Source: the human T2T-CHM13v2.0 reference genome, Homo sapiens. Taken from it: a stretch of 64,000 nucleotides of DNA. Of the stretch, positions 13,434 through 26,090 are shown piece after piece (the stretch's first letter is position 1; every line of letters starts with the position of its first letter). Under the pieces are notes generated by a model. That model made no database searches and was not told where the DNA came from. It saw only the letters and a program-made list of their open reading frames with translations. The translations under genes were made by a program, and so were the position numbers. The stretch lies in the NCBI RefSeq assembly GCF_009914755.1, contig NC_060934.1; one strand, written 5' to 3'.

Positions 13434-13654
13434 ACGTTATGTGGATCACTTAGGCTGTGGGTGTCAGGAGCAGTACTCAGAGCCTGTACCAGGGACCAGG
13501 AGAAATCACTCCTAAAACCGAGGAGATGGAGAAAACAGTTGGAATGTCTGTCACTAATTTTCATTAACATGCTGCTGTTTCCTCCATCTCAGGCATTAGC
13601 TTCAAGTTCCACATTTTCCCCCAGCTCCATGTGGCACCTTCCCTAAAACCCTCA

Positions 13655-13691
<37 letters not shown>

Positions 13692-13887
13692 CTTGTAGAC
13701 AGGGTCTCACTCAGTCACCCAAGCTGGAGTGCAGTGGCACGATCATGGCTCACAGCAGCTTTGACCCCCCAGGCTCAGGTGATCCTCCCACCTCAACTTC
13801 CCAAGAAGCTGAGACCACCGGCACGTGCCACCATGCCCGGCTAATTTTTGTATTTTTTGTAGAGACATTTTTTTTTCTAATATGCAC
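13434..13887 (+). repeat. Local direct duplication A, copy 2 (interrupted by (TA)n plus AluJ)
   Basis: Matches 10132-10360 over 13434-13655. Homology resumes after the Alu (acatttttttttctaatatgcac, 13865-13887). Confidence 0.9.
13677..13866 (-). mobile_element. 5'-truncated AluJ
   Basis: AluJ diagnostics gatcatggctcac, ggctcaggtgatcctcccacctc; T tail joined to (TA)n at 13654-13676. Confidence 0.88.
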
Positions 13888-14389
13888 TCCCCAGCTAATC
13901 TGCATGCTCTGTGGAGGCTGGTACAAGGCCTGTTTATTTCTCCATTGTTTGGTGCCGGAAGAGAGGGTGGCACATAGTGAGTTCTCAGTAGATTATTGTT
14001 GAATGAATGAATGAATGAATGGGAGAGAACTTCTATTATTTCAGACAACCTGCTCAGCCAAAACTTCACCACCAGCAAGTTCTCTGTTAATTATCGTTTG
14101 TCCCCATCCAAAAGCCTGAGCACTGTGCATGGTGTGGGAGAGAAGACACGTGGGATCCACTTTCCTCCTGGACAAGAGGTGGGGCTGGGAAGAGGCGCTG
14201 GGCCATCGGCCACACCTGAGCTAATATTCCTGGCGCATCAGGTGCTTCTCAAGTGTTTGTGGACAGACGGCTGCCTTGGATGAAATGGTATTCACCAGGC
14301 GTGTCCTTTTACTGTCCAGTTTGGTCACCAAGATTCTCCCCTATTTTAAGAGGGAGCTGAGCAGCTTCACAAGGCTAGTCTTGTTTGGA

Positions 14390-15130
14390 TGCGTAGCACA
14401 ATGAATTTGTACCCGCCGAGCCTCCAGCGCTGGTATTTCAAAACCTACAGTACACTAAACGTAAAACTTTTGTTCAAATTTCAAGGATTTTGATAGCCCA
14501 AGTGAATAGACACTGCCTATTGATTTTTCCCTTACAATGACTCTTGGATAACCTATTTTCTCATTTATTTTTAAAGACAGCTCAGGAGATTTCATAGCAA
14601 TTCTGCCTAACCTCCTAATATCAAAATCCCTCCTTGACCCTGAAAATTGTAATTCTGCTATAGATCACAGCTGCTGAATATTACCTTTTACTAAGATGGT
14701 TAAATAAAATATGTCCAAATCACTAGATCCCACAAGCCATGCGCTGCAAGTCTAATGATCCAGAGGCTGAGGTTTCGGCCGCTGTACACTCAGCAGCCCC
14801 GCGCTCTTGCCGGCCGACACCACAGTGTGGGAATCGAGAATATCGGCTTCGGCTTGGAATTTAAGGAGGAGGAGAGAAAAAGGATAGCTCGGCTGGTCTT
14901 CAATGATTTTCTTGTAAAACTTTTACAAGGGAGACTTAGGCTGTTTGATGTGTTCTAGACAATCAAATGCCCGCCGAGTCTGCGGCAGAGAGTGGCTGGT
15001 TTTCTCCCTAGTGGAGGAGGGGGTGTATTTTGATGTAGGGCAAGTTCAAAACCCCCAAAGCCTTGCACGCTGGTAGGTCGGATTACACTCGCAAGCTGGG
15101 GGAAAATACAACACGTAAAATGTGAAAAAG
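14390..15130. promoter_or_regulatory. Candidate enhancer/CNE with retained CpGs
   Basis: Repeat-free; CpG cluster ~14770-14895 (ttcggccgc, ccccgcgc, gccggccgac). Confidence 0.35.
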
Positions 15131-16669
15131 ACCTCTGACCCTGAAAGTCTCATTCTGCCCAGGCCAGGGCTGTTAGTGGGCTCTTAGTTAGGCTGGAGAG
15201 GGCCTGGGTATCATTTACCCCATGGAGGCTTCTGCCCTGCCTGCACCCCGTCGGGCCCCTATGCATTCCTGCTCTCACCTGCACTTCATCCATTTTAGCC
15301 AAAGGGGCCCTGCCCACCAAGCTGCCCAGCAGCGCATCCACATCAGACTTACTTCTTCTCTTTCTCAGAAGAATGAAGGGCGGCACTGACCCAAGTTGGC
15401 TCCGGTGGAGTTGTGAATATTTCAAAGCTGAGGCTTAGATCAAAAGTCATAACCTCTGGCTTTCAGACTGTCCTCTTCCCTTACCTGGGTGGCCCCTGCA
15501 TCCAATATGGAAATGTTTCCCAGAGAATCTCACTCATTATAGGTGAGCGGAGCCTGAAATGACTCATTCAGCAGAAATGTGGCCTCTCTCAGCAGTGGCC
15601 ACGGGAGCCCATTTGAAATGCAAGAGGCTCCTCTGTGGGCCTGCCAAGCTCTGTAACTCAGCTCCCTCCCAGCCCTGGCCCTGCAGTAATTCTGCTAGAC
15701 CTGGTGCCTCCCCTTGCAGGGTAGGCAGTGGGGCTTTGGCAGGTGATGGGTCCATGGAATAGATGCAAAGGTCTGCTGATACCAGCACCAGGTGGGTCTG
15801 AGTGAGCAGGAAACTGTCCATGAAAAACAAATTAATCGATAGCAGAGTCCTCCCCCAGCCCTGGTCAAGACCTGTCAGTGGATCAGAAGAGTTCACATGT
15901 TACCATGCTTTAAGCACACCTTATGCCAGGGAGGACAGGCATGTGGCAAGAGGTCCTCTCCTTCCCCTCCCCATGCTCCTGACAGACATTGCTAATCGAT
16001 CCTGGCTCTTTTGTCCTCTTCCTCTCAGCATCTCCTGCAGCCTCTACTCATCAGAAAGAGTGGAGTTAGGGCATGCAATCTATCTAACCCCTAGCATCCC
16101 ATGTCCCACATCCCACATCACCTGCATACCTCTTCCCCTACATAGAGCATCCTCATACCCCTCTCCAGTACCCTGCCTACTCCTTCAAGGTTCCACCCAG
16201 TCCCTGTTTTCCTGACCATCATTCTCTTCCCTGCCTCGCCAGCCACTAAGGAACCAAGCAGAGGAGTGAATCGGAGACTAGGGGTGTGAAGACTCCTAAG
16301 TTCTGGCCCTGGTTTTGCCTCTGAATTAGCTGGATAACCTTGGACAAGTCACTTTGCTTCTTTATACCCTTACTTCCCCATCTGTAGATTAATGATACTC
16401 TATGATCTCTACAGTGAATCTTAACTCCTCCATGTTACGATGCAAATACCTTTGCAGCTATCCCACTCTTTGAGCCATTTATTATGGCCCTTAGTCATTT
16501 CTTTCTCCACTCATGTGAGCTCTTGGAGGGCAGGAATCATGTCTGGGGCTGACACTCTATTTCTCCTTGGGGCATCAAAGTGCTGGGAGGCAGAGGACTC
16601 AGGGCCTACTGGTGCCATGTTCAATCCCTGTGGCATTGATCTTTAGCTCCCAAAGAAGGAGTATCCTTA

Positions 16670-16777
16670 GAAAAATGCAGTATCTTCAAATTAAGCATTG
16701 TTCAAAGGGGCTGACTCCATCTTCTATCCCTCCAAAGGGCTTCTGAGCCACTTCGGAGCTCAGGACCGTGAGCCAAT
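16670..16777 (+). repeat. Local direct duplication B, copy 1 (108 bp)
   Basis: Ungapped match to 19718-19825, 94/108 identical by hand count. Confidence 0.92.
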
Positions 16778-16819
16778 GAGAGACAAGAGAGGTGGCAGAG
16801 GCTCAGGACCACAAGCCAG

Positions 16820-17005
16820 ACTGCTGCTTGCTCTCTGGCTGGGTGAGCCTAAGCAAGTTAATCAACCTCCCTGAACCTCGTTCCCTTCCCTGCAAGTTGG
16901 TCATGATAACATTGCCAAGTTAGGGAGGTGGCATGAGGATCAGATGAGGGAATCCATGTGACACATGCAGCTCAGAACCTGGACAGCAGTGAGTGCTCAG
17001 TGAAT
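16820..17005 (+). mobile_element. MIR
   Basis: gcaagttaatcaacctccctgaacctc...atgaggatcagatgag...gtgagtgctcagtgaatgg. Confidence 0.7.
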
Positions 17006-18049
17006 GGAAGCCCATCACAGCCCTCACCAAGGCCACCAGCCTCGACCAGCCCACACCCCCGCCCCAGTCTCTGGTCTGTTCATGAGACATTACCCATGGG
17101 AGCTTGTTCTCTTAGTTCAAGTGAGCTGATGCCTGCTCTGTGCCAGCCACTAGTCTAGGAATACGGATGGGAATAAGCAATTCTTGGCTAGAAAGAGGAG
17201 TTGAGAACATCAAGAGCACAAACCAGATGAGGCCAAACAAGGAGGTCCCAATTCTGACAGTCAGATGGGATGCTTCCCAAAGAGACACCATCCCTAACCC
17301 CCTACCAACCTGTGATTGGTTCCATGCAAAGAACCCTCTCATGGTACAGCAGACCCTCCGCCCAGTGGACAGTGCCACCTGCCCTGGGGAGAATGCAAGC
17401 CACCAGGCAATAAATTTCAGCTCTTGTTACCACCTCTCCATTCTCCTCCATCGCTCCCTCTTGATCTCCCCTCTCTGCTGACAACAAGATATGGCTGGCA
17501 TTTAGTTGAGGATTTAAAATCAGGAAAGCTTCTCCCTACCTTCAGGCTGGAAGCTCGCTCCCCTGGCTCTCTGAGGCCTCTTGAAGCCGGGCGTTTGCTG
17601 AGTGCCAGGAGACCAGCTCCTGAAACCGGAAGGGGCCTGCATTGTTGGACTAAAATAGCAAATGTGCAACATGAGTCTCTTCAGGGGCCTTCAGCGGGCT
17701 GGCAGCTTCCGGTGGGTACTCTACACAGGCCACAGGGAAGCAAACTGGAGTGGCCCTCCCTGCCACTTGAGAGAGCCCTTCTATGTACATGACTGTTCTG
17801 TCCCTTAGCTAGATTAGTTCATCCAACTGAAAATGGACTTTAGCTGTGCCTAGCAAAAAAGAAAAAAAAATGGCATGTCTGAGTCAAATAAAGCATGCTT
17901 AGACACAGGGCCCGTGCGCTTCTCGACTGACATAAATCTCATCTGGGGCTTGCTGCCCTGGATCTCCCAGGACAAAAGAGACCTCCCAAAGCCAAAAGGA
18001 GCCCTCTCTCATGGATGGCAGCCACACCCTGACCCATGAGGCCAGAACA

Positions 18050-18870
18050 CGGAGCCCCAGAATGTCGCTTCTCCTCCCCGGTGGCAGTCAATTGATTACT
18101 TGTCAGTTTCCAAAATGGTCTCATCTCCAGAAGAAACAATGCACGAAAAAGCAGTTCTGAAAAGAGAATTAAGAGCTTGTTAGACACGGGCCTCAGGTCA
18201 GGATAGGTGGCCTATCTGGGGGGCCTTCGAGGAGGCATGCTGCGATTGTTTTTAAGCCAGCCCTCTCCCCTGCAGTTCTCGCTTAATGAAGCTGCTGTAC
18301 AAGCCCCTTGGAGGGCCCGCATACTGCAAAGTAGTGCCAAGTGTCCCGTTACTGTAAACGGCCTTTTATTTTTAAACTAATGCTATATTTGGAAAGCAGT
18401 AATCCTGGGGAAATGATACTGGGACTAATGGGGAACATATTACCTTTCATGTGTTTTTTTCATGTTTAAGGTTTCTTTGTTATTATCTGAGTAGCAAGGC
18501 TCTGCACACACTCTTGGGCAAAAAATCAAAATAAGCCTTAAAGCAATAATATTTTAATAAGCATCAAATGTCTTCAATGAGATAAAAGTATTATATGGTG
18601 TTTTGATATTGGGCTTTAGTTAAAACCTCATTAAAAAAAGAAAATTTCTCAGATATATTGGGGTAGGGGGGGCAGTAATGTATTTTTAAATTCAGGTGGA
18701 GAAAAAGTTCCAGTTCAGGTCAATTATGCTAATTAAATGCCACAAATGACTGAAATTGCCCGCAAATGGACATTATTATTTGTTGCTTTCACTGCTTCCC
18801 ATTGATCAAAAACAGCAGCTAATGACATTTGAGCCTGCAAAGGCCAAAGCTCCAGTCTGAATAAACATCG
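18050..18870. promoter_or_regulatory. Candidate conserved non-coding element / enhancer
   Basis: ~800 bp repeat-free; gtcaattgattac, atgctaattaaat (POU/homeo-like), several TAAT and TGACA motifs. Confidence 0.4.
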
Positions 18871-19139
18871 GCTGCCTGGACACCAATCACAGCCCTTGGG
18901 GTGGGAGAACTAAGCTCTTGTCCAGCTTGCGTCCAGCCCTGTCCTCTTCCCGGGTGAGGTTTCCAACAGCCGAGGCGGCAGTCACCTCTCTGAAGCTCAG
19001 ATTAGTTTCGTCAATGAATGCTTGGTCCTGTTCCCAGCCCCAACTGGGAAGTGCTGGGGGGTGCAAGTTATGAAATGAAACTAAGTCTTTGATTTCTTCA
19101 CCCATGGCCAGAGACCCAGCTAGAATCATGAGCTCTTTA

Positions 19140-19290
19140 GAACTGAAAGGAAGAAACTTGAAGATCCTTCCTTGGTTATATAAAATGAGGAAACTGAGGC
19201 TCAGAGAGGGGAAGTGACCTGCCCGAGGGCACACAGCAAGCTACTTGCAGAGCCAAGAATAGAACAGCAGTTTCCTGATTCTCAGTCCAT
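19140..19290 (-). mobile_element. MIR
   Basis: atgaggaaactgaggctcagagaggggaagtgacctgcccgagggcacacagc. Confidence 0.8.
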
Positions 19291-19717
19291 GCCCCCTCAC
19301 GTGCTCTCCTCTCCAATATTGTAATATAAAAGAGAACTTCAACTTTCCCTCCGCTACCTCATAGCAAATTTCCCTCCGTTTTCTCTTGTAACTGCATGTC
19401 AAATCTTAGTTGGGGGCTTCAGCACAAACTAACCTGACTCCAAGATTGGAATCAGGCCACGTGTAGTAGCACTTGAATCTGTCTTCTCCTCTGGTTGACC
19501 TAAAAGGGGAGTCTAATTTCAGTTACAAAATGAAATGCAGTTGACTGTGGATGGATGGGACATTGGAGCATGATGCGGCGGGGAGGGGGTATGGAATCCG
19601 TGGTTTCAGGCCCATCTGTGAACTCTATGATCCTGACTTTATCTCCTGAGCTAAAGTAGAAACCATACTCCAAGCTGCTACCAGTCGTTTCTACCTCAAG
19701 GTAAATAAACCATCTCG

Positions 19718-19825
19718 GAAGAACGCAGTGGCTTCAAGTTAAACATTGTTCAAAGGAATTGACTCCATCTTCTATCCCTCCAAGGATCTTCAGAGCCACT
19801 TCGGAGCTCAGGACTGTGAGCCAAT
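19718..19825 (+). repeat. Local direct duplication B, copy 2
   Basis: See 16670-16777; offset 3048 bp. Confidence 0.92.
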
Positions 19826-19868
19826 AGTGCAGGAGAAGGAGTCAAAGGAGATCAAAATCCTGGGAAGG

Positions 19869-20204
<336 letters not shown>

Positions 20205-22859
20205 TTAAGGATGTCACAGTGACCCACCGATGTGGATCCTGAAGGCCATGACCCCTGCTTTTCCTCAGCCTGCTTGATTTCCAGGCGTGGTTGCGTGGGA
20301 ACCCTCCCCCACAGCTCAATCAGAGCTGCAGCTGACATGAAGACAGCCCTACCCTCCTGAGGGCTTCAGGAATCCTTGGTTCTGCTCCAGCCTCTATCTC
20401 AGACATGTGACTCTGAGCAATTCGCTGGCCCTCTGGGCCTCAATTTGCTGATCTGCAAGATGGGAGGGCTTGGTCTGGAAGGTTTTAGGTTGAATGGCTC
20501 CCCAGGAACAGTTCCTGGGTCTTGGGAACATAGAGCAGGCAGCCAAGTCCCTAGAGATATACAGGTAATTCCTAGCCACAGGTAATCCTGAAGTCCTATT
20601 TGGGCTTTATAGGGAGAGTCTGGGGATGTCTTTGAAGTGCCAGGGTCAGATCAACTATCTGAATTTGGTTTGCCTCACAGTCATGAAATGAAACCACTTT
20701 TGGGTAACAGTAGAAAAGGGGAGGGAGGGAGTACCCAGCTCAATCCAGGCCTCGGCCAAGGGTTTGACCTGCATCATCTGATTAATCCTTAAAAGGGCCC
20801 TCTTACGAGGCAGCAACCTTCATGTTCTCCATTTTTGGATGGGAAAACTAAGGCCAGGATGCTGAAGTCATGGCACTATTCAGGACCGAGGCCAGTGTGA
20901 AGGCCCAGGCACACAGCTCAATGTCCTGGCCTGGTACTGAGTGCTTCTCCCTCTGCCCACGTGGCCTGGGAGGAAAAGACCCCAAGAGGGCTGGGGCCAA
21001 GCCCGCAAGGCAGGTGCTCCCCACTGCTCTGTGTATTCTGCTCCCAAGACAGCCCCAGGTGGCTGGGGCCAATCCCCAGGGAGGGCCTGGGACAGACCTC
21101 GGGTCCTCCTGGGGTCAGAGCCAGAGACTACTGCAGGTGGCTGCTAGGGGGTCCCAGGGACCTGGGAGCAGAGCCTTCTGCACAGACTGGGCAAACACCA
21201 GTACATGTGCCTGAAGGGAAGCAAATTTGAGTTACTGAAAAGTAAAAAGTGCTTATTGAGCTGCACATTACGTCATATATGGTGTAGATTACAACTGGGA
21301 ATGATCCTGTATCAGATTTTTTCCCCCTAGACTAATTTGTATTTCATGTGTCCAGTATTTTATTGAAAGCATCAGGACACCCCCTCTTCTTAGTAACATA
21401 GGGCAGGAAGGGAGTAGGCAGGACGGGAAGGAACTCAGAGACCCTTCACTGCCCTTGCCTGTGGGTACCAGGTGACTTGAAGGGCAAGAACGGGGGCACA
21501 GAAGACGCTGGAGGGGCAGGGGGGTGGCAGAGAAGGAGCAGGCCTCGGTCACCGGGCAGCTCACTGCGCTTCCAGGCATCTGGCGCCACGGAAGTGCACT
21601 GCTCTAAAGGTTGTCAGATCTGGGTGAAATCCCGATCCTGCATCTCCCTAGCTGGGGGCTTCAGACAAGTTCCTTAACCTCCCTGAGCCTCACTTTGTCA
21701 CCAGCGATGTGGATGATGGTGATACTGACTTTGCAGGGTTGCCATCACCATTTGACCAGATCCAGTCAGTCCCGCAGCCTGCAGAGTTTGCAGCTGATGC
21801 AAGAACGCCACTTTCTTCCCTGAGGGCTGCTGGCTGGGTCACCTCGCAGCTCAGCCCAAGGAGGGGGCCATGGGCAGCTACTGAGGCTGGTTCTGCTGGT
21901 TGCCCCTCCCTTGCTCACTGGTCAGGGATGGAGCTGGAGCCTTGTCTCAAGAGCAGGAAGAGCAGACACTGGGGATGGAGTCGAAACTCACTCATTCATC
22001 CATTCACAGGGTATTTCCTGAGCCCTGGCAGGGCCAGCCCCTTTCCCTCCTCAGGGGCTCACAGTCTGGCAGGGGAGGCTGACAACCCGCAAGCAATCGT
22101 GAGGCCTTGTCATTTCCCATTGTGAGAAGCACCGTGACAGTGATGGGGGTGGGGTCCCGGCCTGCAGGGGCAGCTGCTGAGCTGGAGGAGGTGACGCCTG
22201 AGCTGAGTCCCGAAAAATGCTGAGGAACCCGGTGGGGAGTTCCAGGCAGAGGGAAAGGCCAGGACGAAGGGCTGGAGGCAGGAAGGAGGCTACTTGGGGG
22301 AGCAGCCCGGGAAGGTCTGAGTGATGCCATCTGAGCTTTTTAAGGACTGCTGGCTGGTTGGGAGGGTTGGGGGGAGCATAGATGAAAGGGGGGACAAACA
22401 TGGAATCAGAGAGACAAGGGTGGGCTCTTGGGGTTGATCCCAAGTGCTCCCCGCTGCCCCAAAGGGCGATTCTGAGTTAGGGGCACTGCTGCTGGTGGGC
22501 AGCCCAGGAGTCTTTCCTTCTCACTGCACCCCTACTCCTACCTCCACTCCAGTCCCCCTCCCCCATCATGATTTGCCAGACCTAGCACCCTAAGGCAAAG
22601 CAGGGCCACTTCCCTCTCAGGAGGGAGGAGCGCCTACCATCCTGCTGTCAATGGGACCATCTCCATGGGGCAGGGGTGGCAGGGGATAGAGGATGAGTGG
22701 TGACAGGCAGCTTGGTGTAGATCAGAATGGCCCAACTCCACATACCCAGTACAGCTGAGGGGCTTCAGGCACATTCCTGGACATCTTTGGGCCTCAGTTT
22801 CCTCATCTGTAAGTTGGACAGCTGTGAGGATAAAGAGCTGAGAGACTGGATACACAAAT

Positions 22860-23358
22860 GGAGGAGGGCCAGGCTGTATATAAAAACAGGACTCTGCCCC
22901 ACAGTCTGCAGCAACCTGGCCAGGAAACCAACCCCTTAGCTACACAAACAGCCCAGGAAGCCAGCTGGAATGACGGGAAGCCAGGCTGCTATCTCTGGTG
23001 AAATCCAGAAACTAAACAATAACCCCTGCCACAATCTACCATAAATGGCCAGGACTTGATTAACAGCTGACAGCTTCCCTAATTTTTGTCTCCATTTCCT
23101 ACTTAGGACCATCCAGAGAAAGCCAAATATGCACCCCAACCAGTTAGATAGGATGCCCCCTTCTAGTTATCCCACCCACGAGTCCCCCAACCCAACAGCC
23201 TCCACTCAGGGCACACCGAAGGCTTCCCACTCCTCTGCCTGTCTCTGAGTCTCTGCCAAAACACAAGTGATGGTGGCTAGGCTAACTCCTTTGCTACAGC
23301 AAACTCAGAACAAATAGCCTTCGCTTGTTCTCATTGGCTGCTATCATTTATTTCCACA
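22860..23358 (+). mobile_element. Ancient ERV solo LTR (MER-series, subfamily uncertain)
   Basis: gccaaatatgcacccc...gagtctctgccaaaacacaagtgatggtggct...aaatagccttcgcttgttctcatt...tttatttccaca resembles an old ERV LTR ending in CA. Confidence 0.55.
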
Positions 23359-24863
23359 ATGCCGAGGCATGAAAAGCTCCTACTGCTTCCCTAGCACTCA
23401 ACAGGTGCTTAGTGAGGTTCTGTCCCTACCCATTGAGACCCCCTGGGCAGCTGCCCCACTGCCTACTTGCCCAAGAGTTTCCAAACCCTGAGCTGTGAGG
23501 TAGGCACAGGTGCCCTAAGAATTGGCTGGTTCCCAGAACAACTAGACCCCTGGGGGGAAAGTGAGCCTAATAAAATTCTGTATTTCTTTATGTATGGTAT
23601 TGAGGGGGTGGGATTAGGGAGAGGCTATATTTTGGGGAAGGAGGCCACTAGTATAATGGGAAGAGAGTGGGTTTTGCCTGGGTTCAAATCCCAACCCCAT
23701 GCTAGCTCTTGGCCTTGGGTGACAGTTGTCTTAGTTGTTAAGCGGAGAAGACTAAATGAGCTAATTGGGGTTAGATGCTTAGCACGACACCTGCCATCTA
23801 GGACATGTGCCTTCAACAGAAACTAGCAGCCAGAAGTGGTGGTGATAATGTGCGGCCATCTCAGCCAGCACCAAAGTGAGAGGCCAAAGGTTCAGAAAAC
23901 TGTTCAGGAGGATGCATGTAGGCACACCCCCCAGAGCGAACCACTTTCTGGAGTCCTCAGCGCACTAGCTTCACCCCAGGGCTTTCCTAGGGGATACTAA
24001 AGACACTGCGGGACTCCTGGGATCTGCAGCTGTGACCCTCTCCCCAACTAGGCCCCCACCTCAGTGGAAGCAAAGGTAGTTTCCCAAAGGGCTAACAGGG
24101 TAAGTGACATTCTATCACAAGGTGTGGGTCCCAAAACCATTAGTGCATCATCCCATGTATGAAGGCTAGATGAGGGTGTTCTGGAAAACAACCGAATTGC
24201 TGTTCATCCATACTTAGTCTTTATATTTTAATAGGAGGCAAAGCCCTGAGTCCAGAGAAACTCTATTAATGTAGGCTTTCAGGCAGTTTGGATACAAAGA
24301 AATTACCCTTGATTGAGAGAAGAGGGGCGTTGGGAGCCACACCACCAAGATGGTGCAAGGGGCATTGGTCATGCAGCTGGCCAACATCAGAGCCCACTAG
24401 AGGACCCTCTTGCTGCCAGGGACCAGGGAAAGTGGGCGTCTGAATCTGGAGCTGTCATCACAAAATAGAAAGGTGGTGAAGAATTCATTCCAGCCCTGCC
24501 CATGGCAGTCACAGCCACTTTCAGAGGAGCAGCACCAGATGGGGGGTGCGGCACTCTATGGTGGGGGCAGTGGGAGCTCAGTCACCAGGGTTTGGCAGCA
24601 TCCCCGGTGGCATCCACTGAGTAGGGTGTAGTTTCCAGGAACAGTCTTCTGCCCTCTTGATAATTCTATCGCTCCGCAATAGTCTTCCAATAAATCCCGT
24701 CTCTGCTAAACCAGTGGCTTGCCACTAGGAATCTGCTCTGATGCAGCCCACAAGCCCAAGGCCGGTGGAGGCAAGAGAATGATTACAAAAAGCAAGCAAC
24801 ATAGTTGATTTTAATTTCATGACATGGTTTCCAACAATTGGATACAGAAACAAGGAGTTCTTT

Positions 24864-24864
24864 T

Positions 24865-24897
<33 letters not shown>

Positions 24898-24988
24898 TTT
24901 TTTTTTGAGACGGAGTCTCACCCTGTCTCCCAGGCTGGAGTGCAGTGGTGCAATCTCGGCTCACTGCAACCTCCGCCTCCCAGGTTCG
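24864..24988 (-). mobile_element. Severely 5'-truncated Alu (~82 nt plus long tail) with a perfect 19-bp TSD
   Basis: TSD cagaaacaaggagttcttt at 24845-24863 and 24989-25007; T tract of about 45 nt. Confidence 0.95.
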
Positions 24989-25659
24989 CAGAAACAAGGA
25001 GTTCTTTAAAATGAGATGCCTGTTACCAGATGGAAAAGTGATAGGGTTTCCACAGTAGGGTTAGGATTAGGGAAATGTGGCTTACATATTCTCATGCTTT
25101 CATGAGACCTGCCCCACCCTGCTTCCCCCATCCTGGGGAGGCTGGAGAACTCATCTCTGATCACTCACCTTGGCTTCCCATTACAGCCAGGTGTTTACTA
25201 GCTCACATCAAAGTAGCCAGCCTGCCATGGGACACATTTCAGCTTGGCTGTGCCTTGCTTACAAGATCACATGAATCTCCTTATTTGAGATCCTGAGGTC
25301 CAAGGATGAGAACTGGTCCAGGTCAGCAGGCCTGGCTTCCAGCCCCAGCTCTGGGACTAACTGGCACTACTCTCCTCTCTGGGCCTCAGTTTTTCCCATC
25401 AATAAAATGAAAAGAACCAAGCTGTTTCTGTATAAAGGTCCTTCAGCTCCAAATTCTATGATGCTATTATTCTGATTATTTGGCAGTCTCCCTGTCATTG
25501 CTTCCTTTTCTGCACTCCGTGTAGGTGGATCACAGACATAACACAGAAAACGGGGAGCAAATGCAGCAAGCATCCACCTTTCATGTTTGGCAACATGGAG
25601 AATATCCATCTTGCAACCAAGTTCTGTTCCCTGCCCTTAAGGTGTTAATGGAACTGTAG

Positions 25660-26090
25660 CTGTCAGGGGGGTTGGTCATGAAAACAGAAGCCACTCTGGG
25701 TATTCCAAGTAGGAAGGGTTCCAATACAGGGAATTGGATACTTACACAATCACTGGAAAGGCTGGGGAAACAAAGGTCAGGCCAGCAGCTGCCAGAGACT
25801 GGTGATTTACGGGAGCTCACCCAGAAGCTGCAAAGAACCCAGCAGTCTCAGTGGTGGCTGCAGCCACCAACCTCAACAGCTGGAAGCACCAGAGCATGCG
25901 ATTCTCAAGGCTTTGGGTTTTACCCATGGGTCAAGCTGCAGCTGCCCCCAGAGAATGACAGTGATTCTCCTTCTTCGCCTCCCAATTCTCCCAGCAGTGC
26001 CTCTCATTGGCTGACTCTAATGTGAAGCTGTACAGGGAAAGGGATTCTGGGAAATGCAGTTCCAGGCTTCTCCCCTGAGATGCAGACTGT
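25660..26090. mobile_element. Ancient ERVL/MaLR-type LTR remnant
   Basis: aaaacagaagccactctgggtatt...atacagggaattgg...gggaaagggattctgggaaatgcagttc, motifs typical of old ERVL-class LTRs; subfamily uncertain. Confidence 0.45.

Larger units (their letters stand above)
12880..14020 (+). mobile_element. L2 3' region, interrupted by duplication A copy 2 and an AluJ
   Basis: L2-like aaaatcagatcat, ctgcctggaatgttct, gaagccttccctga, and terminal ggcacatagtgagttctcagtagattattgttgaatgaatgaat. Confidence 0.7.

Noticed and set aside
19690-19710. Isolated splice-site-like motifs suggesting lncRNA exons
   Set aside because: Such motifs are frequent by chance; no exon chain can be supported without transcript data.
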